A stretch of 64,000 nucleotides of DNA from Carpediemonas membranifera BICM (lineage: Eukaryota > Protista > Fornicata). The DNA lies in NCBI GenBank assembly GCA_019828565.1, contig JAHDYR010000004.1:406619-470618 (forward strand). Direction: 5' to 3'. The position numbers were made by a program, and so were the translations under genes. The notes under the pieces are model-generated. The model was given only the letters and a program-made list of their open reading frames with translations. It had not been told where the DNA came from and searched no databases. Below are positions 1 through 8,976 of the stretch, piece by piece (within the stretch, counting starts at the first letter, position 1; every line of letters begins with the position of its first letter).

Positions 1-867
1 GCGATATTCGATCTCGAGATCGGATCCGGGCCTAGTTACGACGGGATCTCGCTCTCGTCGATGACGGCGGTCTTCAAGGACGCCCTGGTGGGCCTGGCGG
101 TCACCACGCACGACGAGAAGAGGACCATCCTCGCCCTGTCGGCGGAGGGCAGACTCAGATGCATCCTGGCCGACACACGCGAGATCCTGTGGGAGGTGGG
201 GCTGTCCCCTGACTTCGGCTACCCTACCTGCATGACCCTCGACTCTACACGACCCATCTGGGTCGCGGTGGGCACGTCGGGCGGTTGTGTCAACATCATT
301 GACTGCAGATTCAGGGCTATCGCGTGTACTTTACACATTGGAAGCTTTATCACTGATATGGCCTCGACCGCGACGGGAGATAGTCCCGAGATCTTTGCGG
401 CTGCCGGGGATTCTGTTTGGGCGATCCGGTTCCAAGACGGCGGCAACTGGGCGCCCTTTGGCCACTTTACGGTGACACCCGGAGACCCCCACACTGCCCC
501 TGCCCCGACACTCCCGACCCCCTTCATCACACGCGGGACCATGCCCCTGCTGCGGCCAGCCCCGGGGACGAGCACGGCGAGGGTCACCTCTGTCGACGTG
601 GTTCAGTCTGACGTCGGCGGGGAGGCGCTCGTGCTCGTCGGGACCGCGGCCCGGGTCTTCGCCCTCACATTTACTGCCCCACTCGACCCGACCCCAATCC
701 CAGCGGGCGAGATCACCTGCAAGAGCACCGAGGATGACGGCGTCGTGACCATAATCTGCCACGACGACGGCGGGTCTGGCTGGCCCAACGACGTCGCGGT
801 CATCGGGTCCCAGGTGCCCATGGTGCTTGTCGGGATGCGGACTGGGTGGGTCCACCTCTTTACTTGA
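1..867 (+). CDS. 3' part of a WD40-repeat protein, probably the Vps15/PIK3R4 C-terminal propeller (5' truncated by window)
   Basis: Frame is open from the window start to TGA at 865-867. GYPTCMTLDSTRPIWVAVGTSGGCVNIIDCRF resembles the Vps15 WD40 segment (G.IT....D....W...GTS.G....WD.RF). Confidence 0.5.
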   Translation, partial: AIFDLEIGSGPSYDGISLSSMTAVFKDALVGLAVTTHDEKRTILALSAEGRLRCILADTREILWEVGLSPDFGYPTCMTLDSTRPIWVAVGTSGGCVNIIDCRFRAIACTLHIGSFITDMASTATGDSPEIFAAAGDSVWAIRFQDGGNWAPFGHFTVTPGDPHTAPAPTLPTPFITRGTMPLLRPAPGTSTARVTSVDVVQSDVGGEALVLVGTAARVFALTFTAPLDPTPIPAGEITCKSTEDDGVVTIICHDDGGSGWPNDVAVIGSQVPMVLVGMRTGWVHLFT

Positions 868-896
868 GCTGCTTGCTCTGTTTACTTGTCTAAACT

Positions 897-1856
897 CTAG
901 TCCAGCGCGCTGTGCCGTTTTAGGGAGAAGGCGGAGGCGGTCTTCGTGTACAGCCCGTCCCGCATGATGAAGGCAGTCTGGTCGAAGCACACCGCCTCGA
1001 ACGCCTCTTGGATGCCGACGTCGACGATCCTTGGGCTCGCGACGACCTTCCTGTTGCCCGAGCTGTCGATGAAGCGGCCGCCCTCGTCGATGATGACGTA
1101 TGAGTCTCGCATCACCTCGTTTGTCTCGGGAATCAGCACCGGACTGCCCTGGCGGGAAATAAAGTCTTCAAAGTCCGCCCTGGTTGGGACGAGGGTGGTC
1201 GCCTCGGCAGCCCGCTCGCCCTCAAGTGGGAGCATCTCAAAGGCCTTCCAGCGAGAGGCGCCGAGCTCCTCAACTAGTGCGGCCATCTGCTCGCCTTGGT
1301 TGGCCGACGTGATCACGGTGTTAACCTTGACCGCGATGCCCATGGCCTTGCATGCAGCAGCCAGCTCCCTTGCATGGGCCGCCACGTCGTATGCAGCGCC
1401 CTTCCCATGCTTGGGTCTGAAGCCCATGGTCTCGCACGTGCTAGCATCTGCAGAGTGCAGGGAGAGCCCGAGGATGTCGAGGGCTGGGGCGGCCTCCCTC
1501 AGCCAGGCCGGGGTGAGCTTGGACCCGTTGCTGATGACAGAGACGATTGGGATGCCCTGCTGCTTAGCGTGGCGGATGAGGGTGAGCAGCTCGGCCAAGA
1601 AGAGCGACGGCTCGCCTCCTGAGAAGTTGAGTTTGCGGCAACCGGCCGCAGCGAGGATGTTGATGGTTTTCTTGAGAAGAGGCACATCAGGGCGCTTAGC
1701 AACGCCCATCGATGCCCCATGGAAGCAGAATTTGCAACCGAAGTTGCATACTCGCGTCAAATGGATGTTGACGGAGATGAAGGGGTTAGGTTTGGCAGCA
1801 GATGTTCTGCAGCCGGTCATAATAGCTTGTTTCTTGTTCGTTGATTCAATAGTCAT
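897..1856 (-). CDS. RSAD2: Viperin / RSAD2-family radical SAM enzyme (ddhNTP synthase)
   Basis: SVNIHLTRVCNFGCKFCFH (CxxxCxxC), KLNFSGGEP, VSVISNGS, VKVNTVI, RWKAFE, PETNEVMRDSYVIIDEGGRF, IVDVGIQEA and FDQTAFIMRDGLY are all collinear with viperin. First ATG at 1856, alternative at 1820. Confidence 0.93.
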   Translation of the reverse strand: MTIESTNKKQAIMTGCRTSAAKPNPFISVNIHLTRVCNFGCKFCFHGASMGVAKRPDVPLLKKTINILAAAGCRKLNFSGGEPSLFLAELLTLIRHAKQQGIPIVSVISNGSKLTPAWLREAAPALDILGLSLHSADASTCETMGFRPKHGKGAAYDVAAHARELAAACKAMGIAVKVNTVITSANQGEQMAALVEELGASRWKAFEMLPLEGERAAEATTLVPTRADFEDFISRQGSPVLIPETNEVMRDSYVIIDEGGRFIDSSGNRKVVASPRIVDVGIQEAFEAVCFDQTAFIMRDGLYTKTASAFSLKRHSALD

Positions 1857-2181
1857 CTTTCTTAGTTGTATTGTTTCGCGTGTGGCCTGGTCACGCGTCG
1901 TCGTCACGCGTGGTCAAATCCAGAGATACAAAAGTAGATACACAATTATAAAGCAGCTTATCGCAGCCACTGAAGTCCCTGCACCCTTGCCAGCGATTGA
2001 TCCACGAGCGCTGTCCCAGCAAGCATTCCCCAGTCGGGAGAGGGGTCGCGCATGGACTTAATATGCCCACTCACAGACCTCAGTCAACCTGCATGCCAAC
2101 CAGATACACTGTCTCAGGCCGTCGGGATGATTCAATCAGTGGATTACCCTTAGCAGTCTCAGTTGGGAAGAATCACAAGTC

Positions 2182-4362
2182 ATGTCATCCGACAATGATG
2201 AGGCTACGTCCACATCCCACAGCATTCCGTTCGAACGAGCAGATATAGAGGTAACTGTGCATGATTTGGACATCGTGGATGCCGATGCGATCCCAATAGC
2301 AGATGAGGACGGGATTACGATCGAGAACACGCCCGCATCGCCGTCACTCAGTGGATTCGATGAAGAGAGGCCAACTAAGCGGCGCTGGGAGTTTGTTATC
2401 GTCTTCACGCCCAAGAAGAGGGCCAAGACGCTTTTCCAGAGCCTCGAGACTCTCATCCCCGGCGATCTTGCCGCGATCAAGGACGCAAATGGCATTATGG
2501 CACGTCTCAACTCCCATGCAGGCTTGCGCCGTGGTTTTGTGGAGATCCTCACGGAGCAGGGGTTAGATGTGAAGCAGTCGGCATACACAGATGGTTCGTC
2601 CGTCATCGTGCGACTGGGGGCCTCGAAGGCCACGCTGATGAATCTGGCAGAGAAGGAGGGTCTTGTGAAGGTGGGGACGGACGGCTGGACACGCCGCTTC
2701 ACCGTTGCCTCGGCCCGTCTGTTCCGGCATACGGAGCACGGCGACCTGTTCACCGCGAGGGAGCGGCAGGAGCTCATCCTCAACGCCGTCTACACCTCTC
2801 CTCTGTTCAAGCACAGCCAGGGCTTCCGGCTCGAGCGAGTGGTGGCCGCCGCCGTACCCCTCCACAACCCCGAGGAGCTCGCGGGATTCTACCGACCGTG
2901 GCTGAAGTGCCTGACGCTGTCCCAGCACGCCAAGCTTCTGGACCGCGTGGACGCGTACATGGGGGAGGAGGTGGCCTTCTACTTCGCCTTCATGGTCCAC
3001 TACACGCGCTGGCTCATCCCACTCACTGTAATCGGGGGCGCCATGGCTGTGCTGAAGATCTCGAGCACGCTGGACTCATCATTGCTCATCCCGACCTTCG
3101 ATCTCCTCGTGATGGTCTGGATGATGGCCTTCCTGGAAGTCTGGCGCCGCCATGAGAAGAAGTACGCATACCGCTGGGGCACGCTGGACAAGTCCTTCAA
3201 CACGGGCAGGGTAAGACCCCAGTTCGACGGGAGGGTGCAGTTTAACGAGAACACGGGCCGGTACGAGCGGGTCTTTCCCCCGTGGAAGCGACGGGCGCGG
3301 CAGCTCTTCGTCTCTCTCCCCGCCCAGGGCGTCTGTCTTGGTCTTATCCTGCTGATGCTGTACATAGCGATCAATACGGGCGCCGTGGTGGCCCTGGTGC
3401 CGTATCTACGGGTCGTCAACTGGGTCATCAGCCCTCTGCTGTACGGCATCTTCATCCCGCTGTTCAGGGCCATCTACCGCCGCATGGCGATATTCTTCAA
3501 CGGCTACGAGAACCACGAGACGGTGGAGCTCTTCGAGATGTCCCTTGCATGGAAGCTCTTCATCGTCCACTTCATCACCATCAACGTCCCCATCGCCTAC
3601 GCCGCCTTCGTGGTGAAGTCCGCCGACCAGGTCCGCTCCCTGATCATCGGGTCGTTCGTCGTCTCGCAGTTTACCGGCTTATTTGCCGAACTATTCATGC
3701 CTCTGCTCAAGAAGTTCCAGGCCCACGTCCAGTCCAAGTTCGTTCTCAAGAACAAGGGCTCTGAGCCCAACCGGCCCAGCGCGGTCCGGCAGTATTACAG
3801 CTGGGTGTACTACCGCTCGGACGATATGGTTGACATGACGAACCAGATCTGCGCCATAGTCCTGCTCAGCCACCCATTCCCTCTTGTAGCCGGGCTGGCA
3901 CTGATTAATAACATGTTTGAGATCAAGACGGACATGTTCAAGCTCGTCCGGCTGTGCCAGCGCCCCGTTGCGGCCCCCAGCCAGAGCCTCTACCCCTGGA
4001 GCGGCATACTGCTCGTCATCTCATTCCTGGCCGTCATCACTAACGCACTGTACATATCCGGATCACAGATGTCCTGGTTCGTCAAGCTGCCAGCATCACA
4101 GCGATTTATCGTTGGTGTCGTCATCGAGCATATCGTCATCGTCGCCAAGGTCGCATTTATTTTTATTACACCAGCGACACCCCGCAAGATCGCCAAGAAG
4201 ATCAAGGAGAACCGGGTTCGCCAGCAGCGGGAGATGCTGAGCCCCGCCCCGACGGCCCCGGCCCTGTCCATCCTGCTCGACGGGGAGGGCACCGGGTATA
4301 CGACGTCGCATGCATCCGATATTCTCGATGAGGAGGAGGATGATACCGAGATCAGCCTGTAA
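2182..4362 (+). CDS. Anoctamin/TMEM16 family Ca2+-activated channel/scramblase
   Basis: PLHN, YMGEEVAFYFAFMVHYTRWL, FLEVWRR..YRWG, RPQFDG, ENHET, FPLVAGLALINNMFEIKTD.FK..QRP and EH motifs, with multiple TM segments. Confidence 0.92.
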   Translation: MSSDNDEATSTSHSIPFERADIEVTVHDLDIVDADAIPIADEDGITIENTPASPSLSGFDEERPTKRRWEFVIVFTPKKRAKTLFQSLETLIPGDLAAIKDANGIMARLNSHAGLRRGFVEILTEQGLDVKQSAYTDGSSVIVRLGASKATLMNLAEKEGLVKVGTDGWTRRFTVASARLFRHTEHGDLFTARERQELILNAVYTSPLFKHSQGFRLERVVAAAVPLHNPEELAGFYRPWLKCLTLSQHAKLLDRVDAYMGEEVAFYFAFMVHYTRWLIPLTVIGGAMAVLKISSTLDSSLLIPTFDLLVMVWMMAFLEVWRRHEKKYAYRWGTLDKSFNTGRVRPQFDGRVQFNENTGRYERVFPPWKRRARQLFVSLPAQGVCLGLILLMLYIAINTGAVVALVPYLRVVNWVISPLLYGIFIPLFRAIYRRMAIFFNGYENHETVELFEMSLAWKLFIVHFITINVPIAYAAFVVKSADQVRSLIIGSFVVSQFTGLFAELFMPLLKKFQAHVQSKFVLKNKGSEPNRPSAVRQYYSWVYYRSDDMVDMTNQICAIVLLSHPFPLVAGLALINNMFEIKTDMFKLVRLCQRPVAAPSQSLYPWSGILLVISFLAVITNALYISGSQMSWFVKLPASQRFIVGVVIEHIVIVAKVAFIFITPATPRKIAKKIKENRVRQQREMLSPAPTAPALSILLDGEGTGYTTSHASDILDEEEDDTEISL

Positions 4363-4588
4363 ATTATTCATTCATGGGGAGAGGACGGCGTGTCTGAGGT
4401 TGACTGGAAAATCATGCGGGGACTGGAAATGAAGCTCTGCCTGCAGCGTTCTATACCCCAGACTAGAGAGCAACCACGTTATTTCGTCCCAATGCGTCGT
4501 GCTACGCCTCGCTTGGAAGGAGCTGCATTTTTTCCTACAATTTTTTCTTGCACTTTTTTTTTCATGCTCGCAACAGTCCTCGTCCCGA

Positions 4589-5010
4589 ATGGTCCGTTCT
4601 AGCGTACTTTTAGACTTATTCAGGCTTTCAAGCGTTTCGTTCAGGTTGGTCGCCTCTGTGTCGTCAACTACGGCGCCGAAGTTGGCAAGCTCTGTGTCAT
4701 TGTCGACATTGTTGACGCTTCCCGCGTTATCGTTGACGGCCCCACCACTGGCTTCGAGCGTAAGGTCATGTCCCTTAAGGCTCTGTCCCTGACCAAGGTT
4801 ACTGCCGATGTTTCCCGTGGCATCCGCCAGAAGAAGCTCGCCGCCGCCCTTGAGGAGCAGAAGGTGATTGAGAAGTTCAACGAGTCCACCTGGGGCCAGA
4901 AGAAGCTCGCTGCCGCCAAGCGCGCCTCTCTTAACGATTTTGACCGCTTCAAGGTTATGCTTCTCAAGAAGGAGCGCTCCGTCGCCATCAAGAAGGCCAT
5001 GAAGCAGTAA
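4589..5010 (+). CDS. RPL14: 60S ribosomal protein L14 (eL14); exons 4589-4591 and 4624-5010
   Basis: Spliced product M-AFKRFVQVGRLCVVNYGAEVGKLCVIVDIVDASRVIVDGP...LNDFDRFKVM, with the intron directly after the ATG. Confidence 0.95.
4592..4623 (+). other. 32-nt spliceosomal intron (RPL14)
   Basis: GTCCGT...CTTATTCAG; removal joins the ATG to AFKRFVQVGR. Confidence 0.9.
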
Positions 5011-5269
5011 ATCTACCCTACGGTGTAAAGGTACGCGTTATTAATGTTCTAGCTCTGTTCCGAGGGATACTGGTGTCTTGGGGAGACTGGAGGACGGGTT
5101 GAGTGTCTCCCCTCAAAGAGCCAAGCCGCGAATGCGCGATTTTGACCCGTAAAAACCACAGCCGTGCTTCCGAGGCTGTCTTAGGGACAGTGCCGCCCAC
5201 ACAAGCACCGGATATCCCGATATTCAGCTACTTTTTTTTCTGCATGAAGAAAAGTTGTCGAGACAGCTG

Positions 5270-5983
5270 ATGGCTAACCTTGCCAAGAACCCCGTCGTTA
5301 AGCTTTACCTTACCCTTTACAACATTGCCTCCTTCATTGGCTGGGGCTGCGGCCTCGTGTTCACCATCCAGGCGCTCGCCTGCAAGCAGGACTTCTCTCA
5401 GTCCTTCGCTCTTGCCTTCCCCTACATCCAGATCTTCCAGACCACCATGCTCCTTGAGGTCGTCCACTCCCTGATCGGTTTCGTCCGCTCTCCCTTCATG
5501 ACGACGCTCATGCAGGTCCTCTCCCGCATCTTCCTCGTGTGGGTCATCCTCTTCCCCACCAACGCCGTCACCGAGGCCGTCCGCGTCTTCCCCTCTGTCA
5601 GCACCATGTTCATCGCCTGGAGCATCACCGAATGTGTCCGCTACTCCTTCTACGCCATCAACCTCTGGACCACCGTCCCCTGGCCTCTCCAGTGGGTCCG
5701 CTACTCCGCCTTCTTCATCCTCTACCCTCTCGGCGCCGGATCCGAGATGGTCTGCGCTCTGTACGCCGCCTACCTCTACCTCAAGAACCCCGAGCTCGAG
5801 ATGTTCGCCGTCCCCATCGGCAGCACCGGCTACACTCTCAAGGCCTCTTACCTCATCCTGGCCGGGTGCTCCACCTACATCCCTGGCTTCCCCAAGCTTT
5901 ACTTCTACATGGTCAGCCAGCGCAAGAAGATCATGCGCAAGCACCGCGAGGAGAAGAAGCAGGTCTCTAAGAAGTCCGAGTAA
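5270..5983 (+). CDS. Very-long-chain 3-hydroxyacyl-CoA dehydratase (PTPLA/HACD/Phs1 family)
   Basis: YLTLYN, QTTMLLEVVHSLIGFVRS, QVLSR, AWSITECVRYSFY, WVRYSAFFILYPLGAGSE, LYFYMVSQRKK; C-terminal KKSE ER-retrieval-like signal. Confidence 0.92.
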   Translation: MANLAKNPVVKLYLTLYNIASFIGWGCGLVFTIQALACKQDFSQSFALAFPYIQIFQTTMLLEVVHSLIGFVRSPFMTTLMQVLSRIFLVWVILFPTNAVTEAVRVFPSVSTMFIAWSITECVRYSFYAINLWTTVPWPLQWVRYSAFFILYPLGAGSEMVCALYAAYLYLKNPELEMFAVPIGSTGYTLKASYLILAGCSTYIPGFPKLYFYMVSQRKKIMRKHREEKKQVSKKSE

Positions 5984-6244
5984 GCTCTGTTGATGATAAT
6001 AAAGTTAAGAAAGATGCTGGGGGCGAGTTAGTAGTGGTTTGGCCGACCATTCTTAGCAGCTGCCCGGTCGTGCGAAGTCCACGGTGGGTTTGAGTCGGCA
6101 CACCCCCAGAATTTAACCAGTGGCAGTGCAGCATCAGCGGGCCCTGCATTACGCCATCGGGGCTGTGTCTCATGGGGTTAACTGGGTGTGCCGCGCTAAG
6201 TAGGGATACAGCCAACAGTAAATGAGTTTCTAAACAAGTACAAC

Positions 6245-6509
6245 CGCGTCAAACCAACGGTGATCAACCTGCGGCCAGAAGGCTCTAACATCCCGATGTG
6301 CGCGTCCAAGGCCGTCACATTCCTGGCGTCCGCTGGTGCGAGCCTCTGGCTGTGCCGCGCAGGATTAGAATAAATGAGTCTAAAGTCAAGTTCAAGGAGG
6401 AACAGTACAAGCACTATCGCGTCAAACCAACTGTGATCAATCCGCGGCCGGATGGCTCCAACATCCCAATGTGCGCGTCCAAAGCTGCAGCATTCCTAGT
6501 TTCTGCTGG
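6245..6509 (+). repeat. Two diverged 92-bp direct repeats (6245-6336 and 6418-6509, period 173 bp)
   Basis: CGCGTCAAACCAACNGTGATCAA...ATGTGCGCGTCCAA...GCTGG occurs twice, encoding RVKPTVINLRPEGSNIPMCASKAVTFLASAG and RVKPTVINPRPDGSNIPMCASKAAAFLVSAG. Confidence 0.9.
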
Positions 6510-6754
6510 AGAGAGAACCAAGATCCCACCCAGAACCGTCGCTCTTACCATCGCCGACGCCCTCATGTCCGCTACCCTTCTGGTGTACGACAGGTGGGCC
6601 GTCAGACTGAACCTGTTCAGTCCTCTGGAGTTCATCCCAGGGGGGTCGACAGCCTAAGTCACCTTTGCATGAATCCTCCACATAAACCCTCTAAATACCA
6701 CTCTGGCTGTGCCATAATCTGCACATCAGCTTTTGCCGTCCACCGTTCCAAGTG

Positions 6755-7967
6755 ATGAACAAGAACACGGTACGGAACGCAGTTTGCATAATTCCGAACC
6801 GTCTATACTTCGTGAGCCTTACGACAGTTCCACCTGACACGGATGACGCGCATTACTTCTCAACTGACCAAACACTCATCTATGAACCTTTTGAACTCGA
6901 TTTCGGCCCATTGAATGCGGGCCGGTTATACAAGTATTGCTGCATGGTTACAGCCAAGCTCAGAAGTCCACAATACAAAGACAAACGCATCTTTGTTGTA
7001 ACATCGCTCGACGGCCAAAAACGGGCAAATGCTGCGGTGCTCATCGTTGCATACGCCGTCCTGATACTCAAGAGGACCCCAGAGGAGGCATACCGCCCGT
7101 TCCTGGGCTGTTATCCCCCCTTTGTCCCATTCCGCGACGCCAGCACCGCCGTCTCCACATTCAACCTCACCGTCCTCGACTGCGTCCGGGGCCTCGGCAG
7201 GGCTGTCTCAGCGGGTCTGTTCGACATCCAGACCTTCGACGTGGACTCCTACCAGTTCTACGAGCGGGTGGAGAATGGCGACATGAACTGGATAGTCCCC
7301 TCCCGATTCCTGGCATTCGCCGGCCCCAGTGCCAAGCCAGGCCCCCACGACCACCCGTTCACGCCCGAGGACTACGTGCCGTACTTCAAGAAGCACGGAC
7401 TCAAGGGCGTCGTGAGGCTGAACAAGAAGCTCTACAGTCGGACCTCGTTTACCCGGCACGGCATCGACCACCTTGACATCTACTTCCCGGACGGCGCAGT
7501 GCCTCCCGAGGACCTCGTGCGCCGCTTCCTGGAGTACTGCGAGTCGACTGACGGCCCGATCGCCGTCCACTGTTGGTACCACACCACCCTCTCACACAGG
7601 CAAGGCCGGGCTTGGCCGCACAGGCACCCTCATCGCGTGCTACCTGATGAAACACCACCGCTTCACTGCCGCCGAGGTGATTGGCTTCATCCGTATCATG
7701 CGGCCCGGGTCCATCATCGGGCCGCAGCAGCACTTCCTCCAGCACATCCAGCAGCGGCTGTGGCACGAGGGCGAGCGGTATCTGAAGAAGAAGAATGCAG
7801 GAGCGGCGGCACTGCTGTCCCCGGAGGCGCCCTTGGTCAAGGAGGACCTCATCGCCGGCATCGAGCGGATGACTGTTCGGGACCACCCCCATAGCCCCCA
7901 CAAGGCCGGGGCAGCCCACAAGGACCCGGCGGTGGTGCCGACGACACCCGGTATGTACAAGAGATAG
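6755..7967 (+). CDS. CDC14: Cdc14 dual-specificity phosphatase; exons 6755-7571 and 7600-7967
   Basis: [32 protein letters not shown] and FPDG motifs. Splicing restores the catalytic loop [12 protein letters not shown]. Confidence 0.95.
7572..7599 (+). other. 28-nt intron (CDC14)
   Basis: GTTGGT...CTCACACAG; interrupts the catalytic Cys codon (T|GC). Confidence 0.92.
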
Positions 7968-8114
7968 ATCAAAGACGGTGGATGATGGACACGAAGTAAA
8001 GGAATGATATGACGCAGTGGGAGAGGCAACGTGGGGATGCTGGGGGTCACACCGTTTGAATTACTCATTGTTTGCGCAAACCTGTCAAAACATCATTTCT
8101 TCCTATTCGCCTGA

Positions 8115-8858
8115 ATGCCGCGTCCTCCGCGCCAGCCAAAAGAGAAATTGGCATTTGACTCTCTATCGGAGCTTCGCAACTATGTATTTTCCGAGGACAC
8201 CGAGTGGAACACGAGCTGGAACAAAACAGGCGGTGGCGTCCGTCTCAATGGCGGAAAGAACGGGATAATGTCGGAAATGTGGAAGTGCAAGTGTGAGGCA
8301 TGTAATGCCATCTACTGGATTGGTTCACAGCCCGATTCGACGGGGAAATGGCCCCTCTGGAAGATGGAGACACACTGCGACGTGGCACACAAGCATAACC
8401 CACCAAAACTGGCGTATAAGACGACCGAGGACGGCCGTAGGTGCCGTGGGCCTGGGTTGGACCCTTTTGCGCCACCTCCAGTGCCCAGTGAGGTTGCAGA
8501 GAGTGCGCCGCAGCCCGTGGTGAGTGAGAACAACGTATACCAGTACGTCCGCATGTCTCAGAAGCGCAGCATGTCCCGTAAGCGGCAACCCAAGCGGCTC
8601 CAGCGCAGTGCGCCACCACTGATCCAACAGCCCGAAGCGATGCAGCTGCCCCAGGCCCCCGCCGTGCCAGTGCCCCTGCCCCCGGGATGCGAGGTCAACA
8701 GTGAGGAGAGCGACATCGACCCACAGAACCTGCCGCTGCTGCCCGCGTCCAAGGACAGTGAGGGCGGGGTTCCGGACAGGGTGGTGTTCCCCATGGACGA
8801 GCCGGACGACAGGCCCCTAAACGTGCCGCCCTTCGTCCCCGTCGCCAAGAGCACTTGA
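8115..8858 (+). CDS. Hypothetical protein; possible MULE/FAR1/WRKY-GCM1-type Zn-binding N-terminal domain and Pro-rich tail
   Basis: 247-aa ATG ORF filling the gap between genes; FDSLSELRNYV...WKCKCEACNA...HCDVAHKH. Confidence 0.6.
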   Translation: MPRPPRQPKEKLAFDSLSELRNYVFSEDTEWNTSWNKTGGGVRLNGGKNGIMSEMWKCKCEACNAIYWIGSQPDSTGKWPLWKMETHCDVAHKHNPPKLAYKTTEDGRRCRGPGLDPFAPPPVPSEVAESAPQPVVSENNVYQYVRMSQKRSMSRKRQPKRLQRSAPPLIQQPEAMQLPQAPAVPVPLPPGCEVNSEESDIDPQNLPLLPASKDSEGGVPDRVVFPMDEPDDRPLNVPPFVPVAKST

Positions 8859-8976
8859 TCATATGATACATAAACACCAAGCATCCGCGTCATCTTCGCA
8901 GATGAGGCAGTTGGCTGAATCGTTTAAGCAGAGTCAAAAGACAAAAAAGTTTATCCATCCATCATTTTCACCTCAC

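Noticed and set aside
946-2061. Long antisense ORFs (e.g. 946-2061+, 8863-9810+, 17320-19353+, 37437-39071+, 52211-55057-)
   Set aside because: They are shadows of real genes on the opposite strand, caused by high GC3 and stop-codon scarcity; they carry no motifs of their own.
5205-5235. RNase P CR-V-like string CCCGATATTCAGCTAC
   Set aside because: No matching upstream CR-I/P4 partner strand exists in the spacer.
6017-6110. tRNA-like cloverleaf (CTGGGGG...CCCCCAG acceptor, AGTGGT and GGTTTGAGTC boxes)
   Set aside because: D and T stems do not pair properly, there is no TTC in the T loop and no clean 7-nt anticodon loop. It is not supportable as a tRNA or tRNA-Sec without tRNAscan.
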